From Lingula anatina (Eukaryota > Animalia > Brachiopoda), in contig CM120645.1 in the NCBI GenBank assembly GCA_051362555.1, positions 7,254,001 through 7,318,000 of the forward strand: a stretch of 64,000 nt of DNA. The letters run 5' to 3'. A model generated the notes under the pieces. It had not been told where the DNA came from. It was given only the letters and a program-made list of their open reading frames with translations, and made no database searches. The first letter of the stretch is position 1, and each line of letters starts with the position of its first letter. This document shows, piece after piece, positions 55,095 to 64,000 of the stretch. Position numbers and translations under genes: made by a program.

Positions 55095-56082
55095 CACTGA
55101 GAATAAAATCGGAGTCCAAGTGACTCCAAACTTGGAGGCCAGCAGTGGTGCCTAAAATAACTCCCAATTGGAGTCAAGTTGACTCCATGGAGTACTGCCA
55201 TCCCAGACCCCACAGGAGGGTCACAATTGACTCCATTCACACATCCCTTCATCCCTTGATTTATCTCTACAACAGAGTCACTCTGACCTCATATTAAGGA
55301 ATTTTTGACTGCTTAGCACATCATGAACAAGATAACTACATCAGTACCACGGGGAGAGAAAGCAAGTATCGTTCATTTCAGACTGTTGAGTCCCCGGACG
55401 GGCTCGAACCCATGTCCTCCTGCTCCAGAGGTGGACACCCTAACCCTTAGGCCATGCGGCCACATGTGGTGTCAATTGAGCAATAACAATCAGTTTGTAA
55501 ATCTGATAATAAACAGCATGACATATATATACCACAAATATACCAAAGAGTGAGCATACCTCTCCGCTGACATGCATTGGTGGGTCAAACCAACAACCAA
55601 GAAACAAAACCTGCTGACCTGTTTACCAACATATCACATAAAGGGTGTGGCAACTGAAAGCCCGGGCCAGTAATAAGTGCACAAGTTCTGCATGCAGAAA
55701 CACACAGAAAACCACTTGTTCATGCATAAAACCAACTATGACCAATAAAGTAATGTTTATACTGACAAAGGATGATGAAAACTGTTCTCTCCACGCCGTC
55801 TGCTCACTGCCATCACAAGTAATGAACGAAGCTTACTGTCCAGCAAGCGAAAAGAGTCGGTGAAAGGGGTCAGCCAGACACTGGCCCCCGATAATTTGAC
55901 TCTGATTTTAGAGTCAGATTGACTCCATGAGAGCCAGGGGGTGATTGACTCTGATAAGAGAGTCTAAAGCTCTGGTAGTGGGGTAATTTGACCCTTATAT
56001 AGGAGTCAAATTAACTCCATGAGGGTCAAGGGGTGCTGGACTCTGACTAGAGAGTCAAATGACTCCAATTTTATTCTCATTG
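55095..56082. mobile_element. Non-autonomous CMC/EnSpm-like DNA element
   Basis: TA-CACTGAGAATAAAAT ... ATTTTATTCTCATTG-TA, with many subterminal GAGTCA/TGACTC repeats at both ends. Confidence 0.7.
55310..55463 (-). mobile_element. tRNA-derived SINE head, nested in the CMC-like element
   Basis: Minus strand GTGGCCGCATGGCCTAAGGGTTAGGG...GGGTTCGAGCCCGTCCGGGGAC carries Pol III A-box-like and B-box motifs, but has no intact cloverleaf. Confidence 0.6.
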
Positions 56083-57409
56083 TATATTTGCACACACTTC
56101 TGCAGTTATCTGACTAAGATGTAGCCTATCGTTTGAAATTCGATGTTAAAAAATTGATCTACTAATAAAGGCAATAGTTGAATAAATACAGACTTCAATT
56201 TGAAATCAAACATCCAATTGAATAACATTGAAACATTCAAACAATAAAATAGTATAGGATTTACAGAGTGCGGATTTGCTTTTAGTTTGAATATACATAG
56301 AAAGCGTCGTTAATACAGTTAATACTCATCCGATGCCCTGTACACATTCTTGTGGTTCGAATATACCACGTCTTTCTGACATTGCGAGGAATATTTGACT
56401 AAAAATAGAAATACTTCATGAAAAAAAGACTCCCCCCCTACACACACAGAATGACATGCACCTCATATCTTTAAAGTGAAAATTGTTGATAATAAGCCAT
56501 GAAACCGACTTGACCACAGTCAGATACAGACTTTTTTTTATATATCTTTTTAATTTATTTTTTGGAGGTGGGGGGGAGGGGGGAGGGCAGGATAATTTTT
56601 TTCTAACTTCCAAATGGCATACAGTATAAATTAATAGAAGACAATGCTCCAGTTGGTCACAATTATGCACACAATATTTGTTTGATTTAGTTTCGCTCTA
56701 GAAGGGTATGGGGAGGGAAAGGGGTACTTCTAAAGCTTAAGGGGGGGGGGGGGGGCTTTGCGTACCCCCCCCCCCCCCCCACCTTGATCTGAGTTTGGCT
56801 AGATTAAGCCGGAAGTTTTGCACTTAAATCCAGGGCATACTTCTTTACAATAACCTGTATTTTCAAGTACTTAAACTTAGCAGGAGTCTCCTCTCACAGT
56901 GCGCCTTTTTCCTACATGCTGCTAGGCCATGGTAGAATGAGAGAGGCCTTCTCAATTTTATTGCACCCCTTAATGGTACTTCAGACACATTACTTTTCAC
57001 CCAATTTGCAATTTTAACAAACTTAAATGCACATTATTTACAGTCACGCCCAGTTGTTATCAGGTTTAACTTAAGCTTGGTAAGCCGAACTCGTGATTGC
57101 AATATCCTACCCCTACCATGAGTTGAATGGGCAATAGATGGAATGTGAAATTGCATTGAGGATGTTTCATTTTAGCTCGAGCCATCGGAATTTAAACTAT
57201 ATATATAACTAGGTTCAAATTAAACTGGGCCTGATGGAAACATGTCTCATATATGAATATCCTACCGTGGCAAAGACATTTGGATGCGGAGACTTTTTCA
57301 TTTTGTAAGCACAGTGTGTCGCCCTGAGTGGTGAAATAACGTGAAGATGGTACCTACATTTTAAGGACCATGCAGTAAGTTAAAATTGAGTGTCGACCGC
57401 GGCAAGACG

Positions 57410-58603
57410 ATGAAAATTTTTGTAGTGAGAAGAGAGCTACTTTGGGTGGTACTCTTTATGGTGTGTATATTTTTGGCCACATTGTACAGAGCCTACAGGA
57501 GTCAAATAGAGCTCCATAATCTTCTTCAGTATTGCCTGCGTCTTCATTCAGTGCAGACGATCCCCAGTACGTCACGTGCGTGTTACGATGGAAACGCCAC
57601 CCCGCAAACGAATTCCCAAGGTGCGTCATCACAAACAGAAGATCTTCGTATTAGCACAAGGCCCGATAACGACGGAAATGTTGCCAACATAAATGACGTA
57701 AGCATATACGAGAAATTTCTTCGCGTTCGGACAGTGTTAAGGAAGCGCTTAAATACCACAGGTGTCAAATGGTATGATGATAATTTCGCTCATCTGAGTA
57801 ATAATACAGGTGATTACCAGGTGGACGGGAAGCCCTTAATATTTATGTACTGGGATGGCCCAAAGTATACTGCATACATAGAGCTGTGCATCTTGTCTGT
57901 AATCTGCCACAATTACCGAGATTTCAATATTTATCTCTTGAACAACACGGAGTTTAAAAGAAGTTTCCAACACGTGAATGTTGCATTCGATTCACTAACA
58001 GCCAATCACAAGGCGGATTACTTTCGTGCCACCATGTTAGACAGATATGGCGGCATATATCTCGACGTTGACACCCTCAGTTTCAAAAGTGCGAAGAACA
58101 ATCATGAATTGTTATCTAAGTACGATTTTATCGCTTATGAAGACGATAAAAATGGTGTGTATACTTCTAACCTCGGGCCCATCCGCGCCCATACTTCTTT
58201 AACCATGGGGTGGGTTAAAGAAATGAACAGATTATTTAATCTAAAAAATTCCCAGGAATCACTGAAGGCGGGAAAAGATCCGTTTTCCTGGCCAGCATTG
58301 GCATACGATATATTTATTCCACTGTTCAAAAACTTGACCACAGCACAAAAACTGAAAGTTTACAAAATGGATGCCTCTCGGACATGGGGTCAATTTGATC
58401 ATAATGACGTTATGTCCCCACGTGATTTAGCACGTGACTTACAAGATACGGATTTCCTCATTCTGAATAATGCTCTTTATGCTCCAGAATTCAGACAAAT
58501 GGACAGCAAACAGATATTACATAGTCCTCTGGGTGTCTCACAGCTTATAAGATTCTCGTTTGAAAAATGTTGGACTAAGTTAATGAACGATGGTCTTGTA
58601 TAG
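57410..58603 (+). CDS. DxD glycosyltransferase B (paralog of 36127-37332), type II membrane protein, uninterrupted ORF of about 397 aa
   Basis: ATG at 57410 (MKIFVVRRELLWVVLFMVCIFLATLY, TM anchor), an S/T/Q-rich stem, then FMYWDGPKYTAYIELCILSVICHN...NHKADYFRATMLDRYGGIYLDVDTLSFKS. Confidence 0.85.
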   Translation: MKIFVVRRELLWVVLFMVCIFLATLYRAYRSQIELHNLLQYCLRLHSVQTIPSTSRACYDGNATPQTNSQGASSQTEDLRISTRPDNDGNVANINDVSIYEKFLRVRTVLRKRLNTTGVKWYDDNFAHLSNNTGDYQVDGKPLIFMYWDGPKYTAYIELCILSVICHNYRDFNIYLLNNTEFKRSFQHVNVAFDSLTANHKADYFRATMLDRYGGIYLDVDTLSFKSAKNNHELLSKYDFIAYEDDKNGVYTSNLGPIRAHTSLTMGWVKEMNRLFNLKNSQESLKAGKDPFSWPALAYDIFIPLFKNLTTAQKLKVYKMDASRTWGQFDHNDVMSPRDLARDLQDTDFLILNNALYAPEFRQMDSKQILHSPLGVSQLIRFSFEKCWTKLMNDGLV

Positions 58604-60409
58604 CAGTTTAGCAGTAGTTTTTATGAAATTGTGAGCAACTGATAAAAATAGGGATCATTATTCATTAAATGGCGGTATATTTTAAAAATCCACGTGCTCG
58701 CTTGATAGGTGTCATTCAAAGCATGTATCTAAAGTTTTTCTGCAATATTTCTTTCTTGTTATGCTATTGTATAGCTGAAGCCTTTATTTTGTTGCTTGCC
58801 TTAGTTTCAGCTGAATTGCATTTTTGCCATCTGCGAGACGATTGACAATGTCAGGAAAAAAATAACAGCAAATCATTGTGTTGTCACACCAAGAAACACA
58901 TGGATTCACCCCGGCCCTTTTTAAAATACAACATGGTGGATTCAGCCCCTTCTCTGTCACGCCTAAAAAAGTAAAGACACGCTTTGATACCCAAGAATCA
59001 CGTTATAAATATTTTGAAATATCCCGAGTCGCACTTTGCATTTTGAAATTTCCAGGATCGTAACCCTCTTTTCCAGACCGGGATGTGGGAGGGATCACAC
59101 CCAATGAATTCGTTTTACGGCACCCTTGCCAGTGCATCTACTGTTTGATTTTTGTTACACAGGCCAAACATACCCTGGAATGAGGAGATTACTTACAACA
59201 AAGTTGGATAATCGGCAGCCCTTGTCGTTACCAGTAAACTCTGGACGCCGGGGTGATCTTTAGGAGCACGAGAAAAATTTAGGTTTCAGCCGGGCTGTTC
59301 AAAATTTAGAAATTTGTTTTAAGAAAAGCGTTTTGAAAAAAGCGTGTAGAATAAAAAAATTGAGTATGGAAAACTCAGTCAAATGGACCATTTATTGTAT
59401 ACTGATATTTAACGCACCTAGGGGTCTGTTTCACAAAGGATCTTAAGCATAAACTGGTCAAAACTTTAAAATCAACAACTGAGTCGTCTTTAGGCCTATA
59501 GTTAAATCCATGATAAGGAAACACTGACTCTGTTTTCTGCCATGAACGGTGCACGTTAGAAAAGTCACAACAAAGGCCAGATAGTCTTTATGTTTCTGTT
59601 TTTATTCAGGCCAATATTGTTACGTAAGTGAATAACTGTAGGTATTATTTCGAACAGAGGAGACCAGTTTTCGGGCAAACGTTATATATTGTATACCTAG
59701 CCCCAGGTGTGACTTCAATGGAACATGTAAGGTTATAACAGATAAATGCGTCATTGATAACACCATTATTAGCTAAACGTAAGACAAAAATTATATATAT
59801 ATATATCTTTAAGATTTCCTGTTATTATTGCCTATATAATTACAGCTTCACAAGAGGTGTCGAGAAGCAAGCGAACAGCTATTGTCACCTAAGCCTAACA
59901 AGTACGGTAAAGTCTTGAAAATTTCGTCGCTTAAAAATTAATTAATATTTTTAATTGAGTAAATCCGACTAATTTTTAAAAATTACCTCTCCCCGACTCC
60001 TGGGTATGACGAAATTTTCAAAAATCCGGCCTTTGGGCTTTCATCCTTAGCGATTGTTATCTTTGACCCTTCTATATGGTGGGATAGTTATTACTACTTC
60101 CTAAGTCATTTTCTGGTGGTAAATAATAATCTATTTATTAGTGCATCTCGATTAAGTTATATTTAACTTACTGTACCCGAAAACATGTTGAGAATTATTT
60201 TCTCGGTAAGAAACATACCTCTTGATAGAGGAGAAGGATCAAGATAAGCCTAATTGCAACCTTGCATTATAACCTGGACGCGACATGTTAAAAAAAAAAT
60301 TACGCACATGGGAACGTTTGTTGCATGCAGGACTTTTCCCAGGATTGAGTGTCAGGCCTTCTAAAAATACCATCTGTATTAACTTCCTAAAAATTTACAG
60401 GGAGTTAAA

Positions 60410-60883
60410 ATATTGATCTCCCGTTGACGATCTTCCACAATTTAAGTTCCTTGAACTGATATGAAAACTGCATTTTATTATTGCTTACATCGCGAACAAT
60501 CTCCCGCTGACGATCTTCCGCGAATCTCCCGCTGACGATCTTCCGCGAACGAAGTTCCCTAAATCCCTTAAACTAATACCCAGCAGACAAACGACATTGA
60601 TTCACTGTTGATTCAACGTTAATTTTGGTGGATCAACGTTGAATCAACACAGAATCAATGTCGTTTGCTTGCTGGGTATGAAAATTGCATTTCATTCTTG
60701 CTTACATCGCTGGCGATCTCCCAAAGATGATATGAAAATTGCCTTTTCGTCTCGCTCGAATCGCGAACGATCTCCCTCTGACGACAACAAAGTCCTGACG
60801 ACAACAAAGTCCTGACGATAGTACGCAAACGATTCTCCGCCGAAGATATGCCGTGAGCGGGGAAAGGGGGTTAAAGATAAAAC

Positions 60884-60957
<74 letters not shown>

Positions 60958-61930
60958 AATATTCAAAGGGGGAGGCGGGGTTAAAATAATGATCTCCCGC
61001 TGACAAACTAAGTTCCTTGAACTAATATGAAAACTGCATTTTATTATTGCTTACATCGCGAACAATCTCCCGATGAAGATATGAAAATTGCCTTTACGTC
61101 AAGCTAGGATCGCGAACGATCTCCCTCTTATATGATCCTACGCGAACAAAGTCCTGAGGATATTACGCGAACGATTCTCCGCCGAAGATATACCGTGAGC
61201 GGGGGAAGGGGGGGCGGATTAAAGATCAAATGAAAATGAATATTTTTTAAAAATCCAAAGTGTGTGTGTGTGTGTGTGTGTGGGGGGGGGGGGGGGGTTT
61301 AAATAATCTCCCGCTGACGATCTTCCGCGAACAAAGTTCCCTTAATCCCTTGAACTAATATGAAAATTGCATTTCATTCTTGCTTACATCGCGAACGATC
61401 TCCTGATGATGATATAAAAATTGCCTTTTCGTCTCGCTCGGATCGCGAACGATCTCCCTCTGACGATCTTACTAGAAACAAAGTCTTGACGATATTACGC
61501 GAACGATTCTCCGCTGAAGATATGCCGTGAGCGGGGGAAGGGGGGGGGGTTAAAGATAAAATGAAAAATATATATATTATTTATAAAATTCAAAGGGGGA
61601 GGGGGGGGGGGGGTTAAAATAATGATCTCCTGCTGACGATCTTCCACGAACGAAGTTTCCTTGAACAAATATGAAAAGTGCATTTTATTCTTGCTTACAT
61701 CGCGAACGATCTCCCGCTGAAGATATGAAGATTGCCTTTTCGTCTCTCTCGAATCACAAACGATCTCCCGCTGATGATCTTATGCGAACGGAGTCCGCTA
61801 CAAATATGAAAATTATCTTCTCGTCTCGTTTGGATCGCGAACGATCTGTTGACGATATTACGCGAACGATTCTCCGCTGAAGATATGAAAATTGCCATCT
61901 CGTCCCATTCGCATTGCGAACGATCTCCAT
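60410..61930. repeat. Higher-order tandem repeat (units of about 315 bp built from subunits of about 45 bp)
   Basis: Unit starts (ATCTCC.GCTGAC) near 60416, 60992, 61305 and 61625. Recurring CGCGAACGATCTCC and ATATGAAAA.TGC motifs. Confidence 0.85.
60579..60676. mobile_element. 98-bp palindromic MITE (CCCAGC termini, TA TSD) inserted in the tandem array
   Basis: TA-CCCAGCAGACAAACGACATTGATTC...GAATCAATGTCGTTTGCTTGCTGGG-TA. Sister repeat units show the empty site ACTAATATGAAAA (for example near 61354). Confidence 0.9.
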
Positions 61931-64000
61931 GTACGAGCCAGGTAATCGTTAAATGGTCCTAAATTGAACATGGACATAAATAGAAGTGACGGGTACATTT
62001 CACTTCGAGATAATAACTTGATTTTTTCATTGTGTCTTCCTCATTTAGGACAGCCGCCGATAACAATAACGGCGTTACAAATGACAAAGCCGCGGCCTGT
62101 GACTTCTATTTGGCGGCTTGATAACGCACCTTAAGCCAGGTAATAGTAATGCAACTAAAGACAAAAGGCCGACGTTCCCGCAATTGAGAACGGGAATTCA
62201 CATCTTAACCATCTATGAGTAACCGCTCGCAGGGGCGCACTATTGTTCCTATCTCACATTGAGAGTGTTATCGGCAATGATATCCTGATCGTATCATTGT
62301 CTTGAATCAACTGACGCATTACCTTCATGTTGGAGCTGGACAACGCGGCCATATTTGGTGACGAACTTTTCAAAAATTATCGAGTAGCTCATTTTCAAGG
62401 TCGACGAAGTTTTCAAAGGGAAAAAAATTACGTCGGCGGAAAATCGTCTGCCGGCGAAATTTTCAAGAACGACGAAATTTTCAAGACTTTACCGTAATTA
62501 CACAAGGCTCTAGAGAGGATATGCGTCATGTACGTCGAACCCCCCCCCCCCCCCTCCTTTCTGCTCTTGTTATTATTAGGAAACAGCTATGGACACCTAT
62601 ATGCAATTAATGTCTGAGAATCATTTGGTAATATCAGTGGTAATAATAAGTTGTTACACAAGAATATGCGTCGAGTACGTCAACTCCCCCACCCCACCTC
62701 CTCTTTTTGCTCTAAAATTAATTGGGAAACTAAGGGAAATAGGGTCCCACCATCGTTATCTGGCTATTTTCTTTTTTTGTGAAAAAATCAACGGATAACA
62801 CGCTTTTTGTTTTCTTGTAGATACATGTATGTGGGCCCATCGCCAACGTTAGTGGGAAGTGTGAACTGCAATCGATTTGCAGAAGCAGGCATGCTACCTG
62901 CCATGATGCCGTGTCCGCAAAAGTCGTGTTACTTTTCAGACACATTTGCTAATAGGCTTACAGCTGAACAATAATGATTCCAAGAGGTTTTTCTCTAATT
63001 ATGAACAGCCACGAACAAAGCAATTATGTGACCCCGATTTCTTTACTGCACGCTAAATAAATGTGACATGACAACAACATGCAAAACAAATAGAAATCTA
63101 CACACGAGGAAAAACATAATTTATAGTCTTTGTTGTATTTTTTTTTTAGAATAACAGAAAAACAACATCAGCAAGTCTAAGAAGAGTTGCATTTCCTATA
63201 AATATTGATATACAAATATATATTTCTTAGCCCTACATCAAATAGACTCTGTTCCCTGACTATAACAATTTGGAAAATGAAAAATAGAAACACAATACCT
63301 GATGATATTTCCCAATAGGGGCATCAATATTCCTTCTACATCGGTTTGCTCCGGACTTAATAGAATATGCTGCAGATATGACATCGGTTGACTAAATGTT
63401 CAAAAAATACGAAATCTACAACTTATAGACCTACTTGGTTACGCTGTGGTTAAAAATATTAATCCTGAAGAAGTAATATAGTATGGTAAATTGCAACATT
63501 GCACCAGCTGTCTAAAGTACAGTTATCAAATATATGTACATACTGGTGATGATATCACGAATGAAACCTTGACTGTATAATGAAAATAAATGTACTGAAA
63601 ATATGGTGTGCGTTACTATACGAGCATGTGCAAAATCTGTAAAAAAAATCGCTATCTCAGTTAAACATTTTAAAATTTACATTTGGACACGATTGTTTGA
63701 TCGTTTTTATTACTGTCTTACGTTTGAAAAAGTTCCTAATCCCACCTTCACAGACAAGGGGCCTTTTTATGAAAGATCCTGTATGTCAAATGACGCACCG
63801 TTTTCAGTAAAAGTAAATGCATTTTCAGTAAAAGTTTTTTTACAAACACTTTCAACAATAAGTTCAGTCTAATAACCTTAATTTAAATGAAATTTTCCTC
63901 AACGGTAACTGAGTTTTGTCTAAAACTTCTTCTTATTCTGTCAGTGAAGTCAGTGAGACGCTTTCGAACCACTCTTGTTCGTAAACTATAGATGAAGGGG

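Larger units (their letters stand above)
59905..62494. mobile_element. 2.6-kb non-autonomous TA-flanked TIR element carrying an internal tandem array
   Basis: TA-CGGTAAAGTCTTGAAAATTTCGTCG ... CGACGAAATTTTCAAGACTTTACCG-TA (25-bp perfect TIR). Subterminal GACGAA.TTTTCAA repeats near 60008, 62360, 62403 and 62453. Confidence 0.85.

Noticed and set aside
55390-55463. Possible tRNA gene on the minus strand
   Set aside because: A and B boxes are present but the acceptor and anticodon stems do not pair convincingly, and it sits within a repeat. It is better read as a SINE head.
60410-61930. CRISPR-like appearance (short recurring motif with intervening sequence)
   Set aside because: The 'spacers' are themselves repeated with a period of about 315 bp, there are no cas genes, and the context is eukaryotic. 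It is a satellite inside a TIR element.

Overview
AT-rich, intron-containing animal (invertebrate) genomic DNA. A lophotrochozoan such as a mollusc is plausible, but that is inference only. The left half (1-33.8 kb) holds conserved, CpG-poor genes. These are a 28-coding-exon L1CAM/neuroglian-family gene (-; 6 Ig, 6 FN3, TM, FIGQY) with a duplicated alternative FIGQY terminal exon, TMEM229B-like (-) head-to-head with RPAP3 (+; one GC-AG intron), and dynein light chain LC8 (-). The right half (36-58.6 kb) is a CpG-richer, same-strand cluster of three intact 5-exon cytosolic sulfotransferase paralogs bracketed by two single-ORF DxD glycosyltransferases (GT32/Caps_synth-like). That cluster is the best candidate here for an undescribed glycosylation-plus-sulfation system. 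Introns and intergenic DNA carry many non-autonomous DNA elements: Harbinger-like, 5-bp-TSD hAT-like, Kolobok-like, Helentron-like, CMC-like and Crypton-like palindromes. Also present are decayed Tc1 and Penelope fragments, a tRNA-derived SINE head, and a 2.6-kb TIR element carrying a higher-order tandem array. All exon coordinates were derived by manual reading. Family assignments rest on recalled motifs, not database searches.
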